This document shows positions 9,988 to 19,473 of a stretch of 64,000 bases of DNA, piece after piece. The DNA is from Collinsella sp. (lineage in GTDB: Bacteria; Actinomycetota; Coriobacteriia; Coriobacteriales; Coriobacteriaceae): assembly GCA_047247485.1 (NCBI GenBank), contig JBKTTM010000006.1:197246-261245 (forward strand), written 5' to 3'. Positions within the stretch are counted from its first letter, which is position 1. Every line of letters begins with the position of its first letter. The notes under the pieces are model-generated. The model worked only from the letters and a program-made list of their open reading frames with translations. It did not search any database and was not told where the DNA came from. A program made the translations under genes and the position numbers.

Positions 9988-10651
9988 GACGTACCCCGTC
10001 TACTACCTCGAGGACGCAATGAACAACCTTGGCGACTGCTTTGACTATGCCGTGAACGACTATGGAGCGGAAGGATCCGAGATCGCTGAGCTCTTTTGCC
10101 TGAGCGGCGTAGCTCGCGAGTTTGAGCGCGGCAACGCATGGGTCGTATCGGGAAAATCAGGTGTTGAGCTGTTCGCACTTATCGCCGAAAGGTCGGGCTA
10201 TCAATCAAGGCCGATGCCAAATCGAACCTACCGATTCGAAAAGACACCGGAATATTGGGCAGGCTGGATATTGGCATACCTTCAGTGGCGCCTAGGAGAG
10301 TCTTTCGAAGATTTGCTGCATGTCGTTCCATTTGATGTGCTACGCAGTCTGTACTACCCCTGGCACGAAGCCTCGGAGGAACGTGTGGTTCGCCTCGTCT
10401 GCGATATGGCGAAGAAAGCGTCCAGGCAAACAAAACTTGCGTTAGCAAGAAAGAAGCTTAAGAAAACCCAACAAGACCTGGCATACGAATCAGGCGTATC
10501 GCTCCGCTCAATCCAAATGTACGAACAGCGCCAACGAAACATCAACGAAGCCTCGGTAACAACCGTAAGAGCTATAGCAAAAGCCCTCCACTGTAACATC
10601 GAAGACCTCCTAGAACCAGTCTTCGAATACAAAGAAACAAGCGCCGCCTAA
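9953..10651 (+). CDS. Protein with C-terminal XRE-family HTH (candidate antitoxin/regulator)
   Basis: LALARKKLKKTQQDLAYESGVSLRSIQMYEQRQRNI...IAKALHCNIEDLL; overlaps the upstream gene; start uncertain (9944 or 9953). Confidence 0.8.
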   Translation: MIQELTSCGPSRTYPVYYLEDAMNNLGDCFDYAVNDYGAEGSEIAELFCLSGVAREFERGNAWVVSGKSGVELFALIAERSGYQSRPMPNRTYRFEKTPEYWAGWILAYLQWRLGESFEDLLHVVPFDVLRSLYYPWHEASEERVVRLVCDMAKKASRQTKLALARKKLKKTQQDLAYESGVSLRSIQMYEQRQRNINEASVTTVRAIAKALHCNIEDLLEPVFEYKETSAA

Positions 10652-10774
10652 AGGGGATTCTGGCCACTGATTGCTCAACTTGTGGTTCACCAAGGGCAAT
10701 TTGAGCAGCGAAGCCGGCTGTCTCGTTGGAGCGTGCAGGCCTTGTTGATATTTAAATCCGCTTTCATATTGAAA

Positions 10775-10811
10775 TGCCCCGCCAAGCTAAAGTGCTCGGC
10801 GGGGCAATTTT
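10775..10811. terminator. Probable terminator between convergent genes
   Basis: TGCCCCGCC...GGCGGGGCA hairpin followed by ATTTT. Confidence 0.6.
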
Positions 10812-10888
10812 CGATTGACGATGCTGCCAGGGGTTGAGTTTTAATATATCGCGAGTAAGAGGCGTCTGAATTTAGTAATCAAAGAAAA

Positions 10889-11902
10889 TTATTCAATTCG
10901 AGCGCTTAGCCAGTACTCTCCATTCGAAGCTACGATTGCATACGTAATTCCATTTTTGACAGTTGGCGTATCTACGCAGGCAGCACCAACTTCCTTGGCG
11001 TCTGAAAACGAAAGTGTTGGATCGATTGCTTGTATAGTTGCCAATGCTGTCGCCGCGGCATAGTCGGAGTTTTCGAAGTACATGACTATGTTTTTGAAGC
11101 AGTTTTCGGATCCAAGATAGCTGAGTAGCACCGGGTTACTCGAGTCCGAAAAGAAGCCTCCAATACCGGCAATCTTTGAACCGTTTTTGATCTGAAGTTC
11201 GAGCCCCATGCCGCTATCGTCTAGTTCGTAATCCGCATTCATGCTGCTGCAATTGGGGATATCGGAGAATTCCTCGTTAAGTCGATCAATAAAGCCTTTT
11301 GGGGAAATTGAAAACTTTCCGTCGCCAAGAAAAGATGTGATTTCCTTCTCGTTGCGGGTGTCAACGACCTCTCCGCATTTTTCGCATTCTCGTATTTCCT
11401 TTGAGGTGGCGTCCACGTAGTCAACTTCGGTAGTCCACGAGCCCGGTTGATGCCCAAGGGGTTCCCCCTCGGTTTTACCGCAGCGTTGACAGGTCTTCGG
11501 AACCGTGCACGTTGCTTCTTCCCATTCGTGTCCAAGCGGTTCCCCCTCGGTTTTGCCGCAACTTTTACATGTGCGAGGGCTTGTACAGGTTGCATTGGCC
11601 CATAGCTTGTGAGTGCAAAACAACTGAGGAAACATCATGGGCAAACTGAAGATGATGAAAACTGCCACGGCAGCTGCGATTGCCGCTCGTTTTTTATTGC
11701 CTAATTTATGAATGGCCCGCGTTAGAAGTGAGTCGTTTTCTTCATTTTTGCGTGCGCCGTCATCTTCGTTTGATGGCGGAATTTCAGAGGAGGGGGTGTC
11801 GCTAGCACCATCAGAAAACTGCTCGGCTTTGAAATCTGGCTTCCGTCCGTCGGACTCACTGAGTGCCTTTTCCTCGTCGGGCTCCTTCATCTCGTCATTC
11901 AT
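10889..11902 (-). CDS. Hypothetical single-pass membrane protein with Cys-rich repeats
   Basis: Acidic N-terminus, one TM helix, tandem ATCTxPxTCxxCGKTEGEPLGH repeats; lower GC than host genes. Confidence 0.75.
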   Translation of the reverse strand: MNDEMKEPDEEKALSESDGRKPDFKAEQFSDGASDTPSSEIPPSNEDDGARKNEENDSLLTRAIHKLGNKKRAAIAAAVAVFIIFSLPMMFPQLFCTHKLWANATCTSPRTCKSCGKTEGEPLGHEWEEATCTVPKTCQRCGKTEGEPLGHQPGSWTTEVDYVDATSKEIRECEKCGEVVDTRNEKEITSFLGDGKFSISPKGFIDRLNEEFSDIPNCSSMNADYELDDSGMGLELQIKNGSKIAGIGGFFSDSSNPVLLSYLGSENCFKNIVMYFENSDYAAATALATIQAIDPTLSFSDAKEVGAACVDTPTVKNGITYAIVASNGEYWLSARIE

Positions 11903-11987
11903 GTTTATCGAGGCTCCTTCCTAGCTATGAATCTGCAATGGGCATTTTTGATAAGCGGAATGGCTGGTGACATAAATATGTCCCAGT

Positions 11988-12266
11988 TTGGGATATATCA
12001 AAATGGATTATAGCGTAAACGGCATTAACGTTGATGCTAACAGGACATGCGGAAAATGCCTTTCCCAGATTCGTCGGGAGCAAGGTATCACTCAGGTTGA
12101 ACTCGCAAAGAAACTGGGGGTACCTCAGTCGTTCATCTCAAAGGTCGAGACCGGGGAACGCAGCCTTAGGGTTTATGAGCAGTTTGTCTATGCGGATGCA
12201 CTCGGAATTACTGTTGAGACGCTAGTACGTAAACTTGGGGCTGTTTTGAGTAGCGAAGATAATTAG
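11988..12266 (+). CDS. XRE-family HTH transcriptional regulator
   Basis: IRREQGITQVELAKKLGVPQSFISKVETGER; start uncertain. Confidence 0.8.
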   Translation: MGYIKMDYSVNGINVDANRTCGKCLSQIRREQGITQVELAKKLGVPQSFISKVETGERSLRVYEQFVYADALGITVETLVRKLGAVLSSEDN

Positions 12267-12539
12267 ATGACGCCACGCATCGATCATCAATTAGAAATTA
12301 AAACAGAGCTATAGGGCGAATGAGATGCTGGGAAGTGCGCCTTTATCAAATAGAAGCTAAAAAATCAGCCCGGCGACTTTCCAGAGCGTAGGTCCCTGTG
12401 GCCGCCGCCAGTGAAGTTAACGTAGGGGAGGCCAGAGGCTTTGCCCCCAAATCTTTCCGTATCGTGAAGGCTCCTTGTCCGTTACTCCGAAGGAACGCAA
12501 TATTAAAAGTGAATGCGACTATCCTGTCGAGGCTGCGCA

Positions 12540-12656
12540 GGTCCCCTTGGGGCTTCCCCTGAAAACAATCCGCAGATCGAATTGCCCCGTCGCGCGAAGC
12601 GCACGACGGGGCAATTCATGATCGAGGACGTTTTCAGGGGAAGCCCCAAGGGGACC
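12540..12656. repeat. Long rod-like inverted repeat downstream of thrB
   Basis: 27-bp outer arms GGTCCCCTTGGGGCTTCCCCTGAAAAC plus inner arms GAATTGCCCCGTCG/CGACGGGGCAATTC. Confidence 0.8.
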
Positions 12657-12679
12657 GGTGAGAGCAATGAGGCAGGGCG

Positions 12680-13561
12680 CTACAGGTATTCGATCTGGGC
12701 GCCTTCCGTGTCGCACGTCAGAATGTGCGTGTCGCACTTGGGGAACTGCTCACGCAGCTTGACCTGCAGGAACTTTGCCACGATGGTGTCGTCAGTCACG
12801 GCCATGAGGGTCGAGCCGGAGCCACTGATCCAGATGGTCTTGGCGCCTCCGTTAAGGCAGGTGTCGCGCACGGCGTTGTAGTCGGGGATGAGGCGGCGGC
12901 GATAGGGCTCCTGGATGCGGTCGTCATTGGCGGCGGCAATCAGGTCAAGGTCGCCGGTCTCCAGGCCGCGCGTCATGCCGGCGATGCGGCCCATTTGCCA
13001 TACGGCGGTGGAGAGTGGAATCTCCTGCGGCACAACCTTGCGCGCTTCGCTCGTATGCACCTCGTAGGGCGGAATCACGGTAATAAAACGCAAGCGATCG
13101 CTCACCTCGTAGCGCAGGCACTGGGGGAGCGAATCGGTCGGCGTAAAGGAGCAGACGGCGCCGCCCAGGATAGCAGGGGCGACGTTATCGGGATGGCCCT
13201 CGACCTCGGTGGCAATGCGGACAAGCTCAGCGCGGTCGACGGTGTGGCCTGTCAGTGCGGCGGCGGCCATAATGCCGGCGACGACGCAGGTGGAGCTGGA
13301 ACCCAGGCCACGGGCGACGGGCACGTCGGTCTGAATGTCGATAGCAACGGGAAAAGCCGGCTCGCCCCACGCGGCCAGAGCATCGACAAAGCTCACATAG
13401 ACCAGGTTATTCTCGTTTTGGAACTCCTCGGGGCAGCCCGTGATGGTGAGCTTGTCGGCGCGCTCGAAGGTGAAGTGCGAGTAGAGGCTAACGGCCATGC
13501 CGAGGGTGTCGTAGCCGATGCCTAGGTTGGCGCTGGTTGCTGGGACGGTGATTTTGATCAT
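12680..13561 (-). CDS. thrB: Homoserine kinase
   Basis: PATSANLG, PVARGLGSSS, EGHPDN and ISGSG motifs; AGGAGG RBS. Confidence 0.95.
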   Translation of the reverse strand: MIKITVPATSANLGIGYDTLGMAVSLYSHFTFERADKLTITGCPEEFQNENNLVYVSFVDALAAWGEPAFPVAIDIQTDVPVARGLGSSSTCVVAGIMAAAALTGHTVDRAELVRIATEVEGHPDNVAPAILGGAVCSFTPTDSLPQCLRYEVSDRLRFITVIPPYEVHTSEARKVVPQEIPLSTAVWQMGRIAGMTRGLETGDLDLIAAANDDRIQEPYRRRLIPDYNAVRDTCLNGGAKTIWISGSGSTLMAVTDDTIVAKFLQVKLREQFPKCDTHILTCDTEGAQIEYL

Positions 13562-13575
13562 GTGAGTCCTCCTGG

Positions 13576-13687
13576 GCGGGTCTGGCCGTTTAGTTCGCTG
13601 CTCGGGCAGTCCTGGCTCGCTCGGAAAGCACATTAAGTGCTTTCCGGCTCGTGCGGAACTCGCGACGAACTAAACGGCCAGACCCGC
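13576..13687. repeat. Long rod-like inverted repeat between thrC and thrB
   Basis: GCGGGTCTGGCCGTTTAGTTCG...CGAACTAAACGGCCAGACCCGC with inner GGAAAGCAC-ATTAA-GTGCTTTCC. Confidence 0.8.
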
Positions 13688-13763
13688 TCGCACGCTCGTC
13701 ATCATCCCGAAAGCTAAATAAAAAGAAGGTGCGCCGGCTTTCGCCGGCGCCTTATAAAGGGTT

Positions 13764-15281
13764 TTAGTTGGTAGCCATCTTTTTTGCTGCGGACTCGACG
13801 TAGCTTGCCATCTCATCGACGTCGCAGACGTCTTCGAAGCGGACGGGCTTGGACTCGAGCTCGGCGAGCTGGGTCGGGGCGACCGTGTTGGTGGCCTGCT
13901 CGAGTACACGCATAGCCTCAAAATCATCCTCGGGAACGTCGAGGCCCAGGGCGTCGCAGCAGGCGCGCGGGAACTTGTAGGGGCTGGCGGTCGAAAGCAG
14001 CACGCGGGCCTTGGCGCCCTCGGCGGGAGCGACCTGCTCAAAGACGTGATAACCACAAGCGGTGTGCGGGTCGATTACGTAGCCGTTCGCATCCCAGCAG
14101 CTCTTGATGGCAGTGCGGACCTCGTCCTCGCTGGCCCAGCCGCAGCCAAAGACGCTCTGAATCTTGGCCAGCAGCTCGGCGGGCACCTCGTAGCGACCCG
14201 TCTGCGCCAGCTGCTCCATAAGGCCGGCAACGAGCTCGCAGTCGCCATCGGACAGGAAGTAGAGCATGCGCTCCAGGTTGGAGCTGATAAGGATGTCCAT
14301 CGACGGCGAGATGGTTGTGAAGAACGGGCGGTTGCGGTCGTAAACGCCGGTGGTCAGGAAGTCGGCAAGCACGTTGTTCTTGTCGCTCGCCACGACGAGC
14401 TTGGCGACGGGCAGACCCATGCGCTTGGCATAGTAGCCGGCCAGGATATCGCCAAAGTTGCCGGTCGGTACGCAGAACTCCACGGCGTCGCCGGCCTCGA
14501 TGGCGCCGGCGCGCAACAGCTGCGCATAGGCGGCAAAGTAGTAGACGACCTGCGGTACCAGACGGCCGACATTGATGGAGTTGGCGCTCGAAAGCACCGT
14601 GCCGGCGGCCTCCAGGCGCTCGGCAAGCTCCTTATCGGCAAAGATGCGCTTAACGGCGCTCTGGGCGTCGTCAAAGTTGCCGCGGATGCCGCAGACGGCG
14701 ACGTTGTCGCCCTCCTGCGTGGACATCTGCAGATTCTGCACGCGGCTGACCTTGCCCTCGGGATAAAAGACGGTGATGCCCGTGCCCGGAGCGTCGGCAA
14801 AACCAGCGAGCGCGGCCTTGCCCGTGTCGCCCGACGTGGCGGTGACGATCATGATGCGCTCGGCGCCGCCGTCCTTGGCGGAAGTGCGGGCCATCAGACG
14901 GGGGAGCATCTGCAGAGCGACGTCCTTGAAGGCGCTCGTGGGGCCGCCAAAGAGCTCCATCACATAGGTCTGAGGGGCGTCGGCGCCCGGCGCGGCGTCG
15001 AGTTTGACGAGCGGCGTGACCTCTTCACTCGCAAACGTGCCGCGGTATGCCTCGTCGACACACGCCGAAATTTCTTCGGCCGTGTAATCATTCAGTAACA
15101 TTCCCAACACATCTTGAGCGATTTCAAAGTACGATTTATCTGCAAGCGAGCTGATATCGACCTGCTGGGTGCCGAGCTCGTCCGAGACAAACAAACCCCC
15201 GTCGGGAGCGATGCCGGTGCGGATTGCCACCTTACTTGAGCACGATAAAGTGCGTCCTCGTGTACTATGATAAGTTCCCAT
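13764..15281 (-). CDS. thrC: Threonine synthase
   Basis: GIAPDGGL, GPTSAFKD (PLP Lys), ATSGDTG, SANSIN, VPTGNFG and STASPYKF motifs. Confidence 0.95.
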   Translation of the reverse strand: MGTYHSTRGRTLSCSSKVAIRTGIAPDGGLFVSDELGTQQVDISSLADKSYFEIAQDVLGMLLNDYTAEEISACVDEAYRGTFASEEVTPLVKLDAAPGADAPQTYVMELFGGPTSAFKDVALQMLPRLMARTSAKDGGAERIMIVTATSGDTGKAALAGFADAPGTGITVFYPEGKVSRVQNLQMSTQEGDNVAVCGIRGNFDDAQSAVKRIFADKELAERLEAAGTVLSSANSINVGRLVPQVVYYFAAYAQLLRAGAIEAGDAVEFCVPTGNFGDILAGYYAKRMGLPVAKLVVASDKNNVLADFLTTGVYDRNRPFFTTISPSMDILISSNLERMLYFLSDGDCELVAGLMEQLAQTGRYEVPAELLAKIQSVFGCGWASEDEVRTAIKSCWDANGYVIDPHTACGYHVFEQVAPAEGAKARVLLSTASPYKFPRACCDALGLDVPEDDFEAMRVLEQATNTVAPTQLAELESKPVRFEDVCDVDEMASYVESAAKKMATN

Positions 15282-15384
15282 ATAACACTGCTCCTCGGAT
15301 GCCTTGGTCCCAATCGGTGAAACCATGGTATCAGAGCGCGCAAAACAGGTTTGCAGAGGCTTTTAGAAAGGTAACCTCAAGCCC

Positions 15385-16773
15385 ATGATTAAGATTGCCA
15401 AGTTTGGCGGCTCGTCGGTCGCCGACGCCGAACACTTTAAGAAGATCAAGGCCATCGTCGATGCCGACCCTGCCCGCCGTTTTGTGGTGGTTTCTGCCTG
15501 CGGTCGCCGCTTTAAGGGCGACACCAAGGTGACCGACCTGCTCTACCTGGTTAACGCGCACGTTAAGTATCACGTGTCGTGCGAGGAACTACTCGAGGAC
15601 ATCGGCCAGCGCTATTTTGATATCGCTGACGAGCTGGAGCTCACCTATCCCATCCGCGAGGAGTTCGCGGCCTTTGCCGAGCGCGCCCGCTCGGGCGGCT
15701 ACTCTACCGAGGAGCTCGTGAGCCGCGGCGAGTACTTCACCGCTCGCCTGATGGCCGAGTACCTGGGCTTGCCGTTCCTGGACGCCGCGACGGTTGTGGC
15801 GTTCCATCACGACGGTACGCTCAGCATGAATCGCACCTCCGAGCTGGTGCAGGAGTACGGCCAGCAGGGCGGCTTTGTTATGCCCGGTTTCTACGGCGCG
15901 ACGCGAGAGGGCCAGATCAAGCTGCTCGACCGTGGCGGCGGCGATATCTCGGGCTCGATCCTGGCCAAGTGCCTGGGCGCCGATCTGTACGAGAACTGGA
16001 CCGACGTTTCGGGTTTCTATTCTGCCGATCCGCGTATTGTTCCCGAGGCTCAGCCCATTGCGCGCGTTACCTACGAGGAGCTGCGCGAGCTTTCGTACAT
16101 GGGCGCAAGCGTCCTGCACGAGGAGGCCGTGTTCCCCGTGCGCGAGGCAGGCATTCCGCTGGTCATCAAGAACACTAATGCGCCGCAGGACCCCGGCACC
16201 ATCATTAGCGAGACGGCTGATGAGGGCGAGGCAGAGCCCATCATTACCGGCGTGACCGGCAAGCGCGGTTTTGTCGCCATCAACGTGGCCCGCGACCGCA
16301 CCAAGCCCCGTGTTGGCTTTATGCGCCGTGCGCTTTCGGTCTTCGAGCGCTATGACGTTTCCGTCGAGCATATGCCCACCGGCGTCGACCGCTTTGGCGC
16401 CGTGGTGCAGGAGCAGGACGTTCACGATTCGCTGTACTCACTCGTGGGCGACATCCAGCAGGAGGTCGAGCCGCTCGAGATCGAGGTTGTCGAGGGCTTG
16501 GCACTTATCGCTACCGTTGGCCGCAACCTGCGCGGTCGTGCCGGCATCTCTGGTCACCTGTTTGGCATGCTTGGCCAGGCCGGCGTGAGCGTGCGCATGA
16601 TTTCGCAGAGCTGCGACGAGATCAACATCATTATCGGCGTCGAGGAGAAGGACTTCGACCTGGCGATTCAGACCATTTACCGTGCCTTCTCCGATGAGAA
16701 CGGCATTGTGAAGGTTTCCGACTTGGAGGCTCCCGCGCCGGTCGATCCCGCTCTGGCTGCGCTCCACAAGTAG
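15385..16773 (+). CDS. lysC: Aspartate kinase
   Basis: KFGGSSV, RGGGD and WTDVSG motifs plus C-terminal ACT domains. Confidence 0.9.
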   Translation: MIKIAKFGGSSVADAEHFKKIKAIVDADPARRFVVVSACGRRFKGDTKVTDLLYLVNAHVKYHVSCEELLEDIGQRYFDIADELELTYPIREEFAAFAERARSGGYSTEELVSRGEYFTARLMAEYLGLPFLDAATVVAFHHDGTLSMNRTSELVQEYGQQGGFVMPGFYGATREGQIKLLDRGGGDISGSILAKCLGADLYENWTDVSGFYSADPRIVPEAQPIARVTYEELRELSYMGASVLHEEAVFPVREAGIPLVIKNTNAPQDPGTIISETADEGEAEPIITGVTGKRGFVAINVARDRTKPRVGFMRRALSVFERYDVSVEHMPTGVDRFGAVVQEQDVHDSLYSLVGDIQQEVEPLEIEVVEGLALIATVGRNLRGRAGISGHLFGMLGQAGVSVRMISQSCDEINIIIGVEEKDFDLAIQTIYRAFSDENGIVKVSDLEAPAPVDPALAALHK

Positions 16774-16947
16774 TTTCCATCCCGTTAGATTTTTGGGACA
16801 AGTGCCAAAAATCTAGCGCGGGGCGTTTCGTTTCGGTTTCGTTTCGACGGGGCGGGTTTCGTGTCCGCCCCGTTCTTGTATACACTGGCAACAATAATCG
16901 GCCTGCTCGGCGTGCGGGCAAAAGCCACAACCTTTAAAGGGGGAAGC

Positions 16948-17973
16948 ATGAAACAGTACACGGTTGCTATTTTGGGCGCGACGGGAGCCGTGGGCACCCA
17001 GATGCTCGAGTGCCTCAACGAGCAGGAGTTCCCGGTTGGCAAGCTCAAGCTGCTAGCAAGTGCACGCTCCGCGGGCAAGACCGTTGAGTTCCGCGGCGAG
17101 CAGATCGTGATTGAAGAGGCTTGCCCCGAGGCCTTTGAGGGCTGCGACATCGTACTCGGTGCTGCCGGCGACGATATCGCCAAGGAGCTGCTGCCCGAGG
17201 CCGTCAAGCGCGGCGCCGTCGTAGTCGACAACAGCCATGCCTTTCGCATGGATCCCGAGGTGCCGCTGGTCGTGCCCGAGATCAATGCCGACGATATCAA
17301 GTGGCATCACGGCCTTATCGCCAACCCCAACTGCGCGACCATCATCGGCCTGGTTCCCACGTGGCCGCTGCATCAGTTCGCCGGTGTGAAGCGCATGATC
17401 GTCTCGACGTATCAGGCGGCTTCGGGTGCCGGCGCTCCCGGCATGGCCGAGCTCGAGGCTCAGCTGGCCGCCCTGGGCCGTGGCGAGGAGATTCCCGAGC
17501 CGCGCGCGTTTGCCGCCCAGCTGGCGAGTAACCTGATTCCGCAGATCGGCGGTGTCAAGGAGGAAGGCTTTACCTCCGAGGAGATGAAGCTGCAAAACGA
17601 GGGCCGCAAGATTATGCACCTGCCCGAGCTGCGCGTGAACTGCACCTGCGTGCGCGTGCCCGTGCTGCGTTCGCACTCCGAGAGCATTACGCTCGAGTTT
17701 GAGCGCGATATTACGGTCGAGGAGGCCCGTGCTGCGCTGGCTGCCGCTCCCGGCGTCAAGCTGGTTGACGATATGGCTGCCGAGAATGCGCACGACCGCT
17801 TCCCCATGCCGATGGATACGTCCGACCAGGATCTGATTTGGGTCGGCCGCGTGCGTCGCGACATCTCGAACCCCGAGGCCGCGCGCGGTATCACCTTCTG
17901 GTGCTGCGGCGACCAAATCCGTAAGGGCGCGGCAACCAACGCCGTCCAGATTGCCAAGCTGCTCTGCGAGTAG
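16948..17973 (+). CDS. asd: Aspartate-semialdehyde dehydrogenase
   Basis: GATGAVG, NPNC, YQAASGAG, CVRVPV and KGAATN motifs. Confidence 0.95.
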   Translation: MKQYTVAILGATGAVGTQMLECLNEQEFPVGKLKLLASARSAGKTVEFRGEQIVIEEACPEAFEGCDIVLGAAGDDIAKELLPEAVKRGAVVVDNSHAFRMDPEVPLVVPEINADDIKWHHGLIANPNCATIIGLVPTWPLHQFAGVKRMIVSTYQAASGAGAPGMAELEAQLAALGRGEEIPEPRAFAAQLASNLIPQIGGVKEEGFTSEEMKLQNEGRKIMHLPELRVNCTCVRVPVLRSHSESITLEFERDITVEEARAALAAAPGVKLVDDMAAENAHDRFPMPMDTSDQDLIWVGRVRRDISNPEAARGITFWCCGDQIRKGAATNAVQIAKLLCE

Positions 17974-17985
17974 TGTGACCTGTCC

Positions 17986-18114
17986 GGCGGGGCCGGGCTT
18001 AGTTTTCAGAACGTCCTCGACCATGTGTGGCGCCTTGTCCTGCTCCTTCGGAGCCGCGGACAAGGCGCCACACTGGTCTGCGGAGTGTTCTGAAAACTAA
18101 GCCCGGTCCCCGCC
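17986..18114. repeat. Long rod-like inverted repeat downstream of asd
   Basis: GGCGGGGCCGGGCTTAGTTTTCAGAAC...GTTCTGAAAACTAAGCCCGGTCCCCGCC with inner GTGTGGCGCCTTGTCC/GGACAAGGCGCCACAC. Confidence 0.8.
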
Positions 18115-18325
18115 TGCGGTGACGCTGCTGCAAGCGGTCTGCGATGGGGCCGTTGTTGGTTGGGGCCGCTGGGCTGATGTGGGGGGGCACGTGGCTGTTG
18201 CGGGCCCTGGTTCCGGCGGCGGCCTCGGCGCTTCGCGCCTGCCGCCTTGGGGGACTGTGGGGCGCGGCCGGCAGCGGCGGCGCGTTGCGCCTGCTGCCTG
18301 CGGGGACTTTGGGGTGGGGCCGAAT

Positions 18326-18507
18326 CGAAGGTGAATGGTTTTCCGAGAAGTGAACGACCTATTTTGGACCCTTGAAGCATCGGCATATTTTGGCCGCCAT
18401 TTCCTGCGGTTTTATCGCATGAATCCTGCTGTTTTGCAGTCAAAAAATGCGGATGCTTCGGGGCCCTAGTTTTACTCGTTCACTTCTCGGAAAACCATTC
18501 ACCTTCG
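18326..18507. repeat. MITE-like element with 32-bp terminal inverted repeats
   Basis: CGAAGGTGAATGGTTTTCCGAGAAGTGAACGA (18326-18357) and its exact reverse complement (18476-18507). Confidence 0.75.
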
Positions 18508-18666
18508 TTTTTGCCGGACATCGTTTTGGGCGTTGTGACTCGGTATCGGCCGATATTGAGAGGAAAAACTCCCTCCCTTGGACAATCGAGCCCGCCCAGA
18601 CGTATCTGTGGGGGTTGTCTGCACAATTCGCGGTATTATGGTGCGGAGTTTTGAAAGGAGCCGCTG

Positions 18667-19245
18667 GTGGTCACGACGACGTTTGCTTCGCCTTTGGGCG
18701 AAATCTTGCTTGCCGCTGATGGCCGCGGTTTGACGGGGCTTTGGTTTGAGGGTCAGGAGCACTTTGGCTCTACGCTGCTCAAAGAGGATGCGGAGTATGT
18801 CGTAGGTGCCGATGCGGTTTCTGGTACCGGTGGGATGTCTTCGGTGAGTCCGGCAAATGGCGCGGCATCTTCGGTGCTTGAGCGTTCTTGGGCTTGGCTG
18901 AATGCTTATTTTGCGGGGCAGGAGCCTCGGTTTACGCCGCCGTTGCATATGATTGGCACGGCGTTTCAGCGTGAGGTTTGGTTTGAGCTGCTTTCTATCC
19001 CGCGTGGCGAGGTCGCTACGTATGGTGAGATCGCCCAGCGTGTTGCGGCTCGACATCGTGTACCGGGAAACGAAGCACCCGTTGTGTCTCCCCGTGCCGT
19101 GGGGGCCGCGGTCGCGCGTAATCCCATTTCGATTATCGTGCCGTGCCATCGCGTGGTTGCCGCCGACGGCTCGCTTAACGGATATGCCGGCGGGCTCGAT
19201 CGCAAGGAGTGGCTGCTTCGGCTTGAGGGCGCGTACGAGGAGTAA
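18667..19245 (+). CDS. ogt: Methylated-DNA--protein-cysteine methyltransferase
   Basis: GTAFQREVW, RAVGAA and PCHRVV active-site motifs. Confidence 0.92.
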   Translation: MVTTTFASPLGEILLAADGRGLTGLWFEGQEHFGSTLLKEDAEYVVGADAVSGTGGMSSVSPANGAASSVLERSWAWLNAYFAGQEPRFTPPLHMIGTAFQREVWFELLSIPRGEVATYGEIAQRVAARHRVPGNEAPVVSPRAVGAAVARNPISIIVPCHRVVAADGSLNGYAGGLDRKEWLLRLEGAYEE

Positions 19246-19473
19246 CGCTCGAACACTTTGCATAACTAGGACGCCGTGAAAGAACGAGTCGCCGTCTTTT
19301 CGCGACCGGCATGCGTCCAAGCGCTCGGCATCTGCGCCTTAAGTTTGGTTAAGCCAAATCCTGCGTATTTGAAAACGCGCAGGTTGAGCAGCTAAGGCTG
19401 CGCTAAGACGGCTGGCGGTGCGCTATCATCGGCGGTATCGAAACCTGTAGAGCCGTGCGCCAAAGGAACAACC

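Noticed and set aside
13562..13763. T-box or threonine attenuator between thrC and thrB
   Set aside because: No T-box consensus or Thr-rich leader peptide seen; the structure is a simple long hairpin plus a terminator-like stem
18115..18325. Short ORFs in the G-rich stretch after asd
   Set aside because: Low-complexity translations with no RBS or motifs; treated as non-coding DNA between two repeat elements
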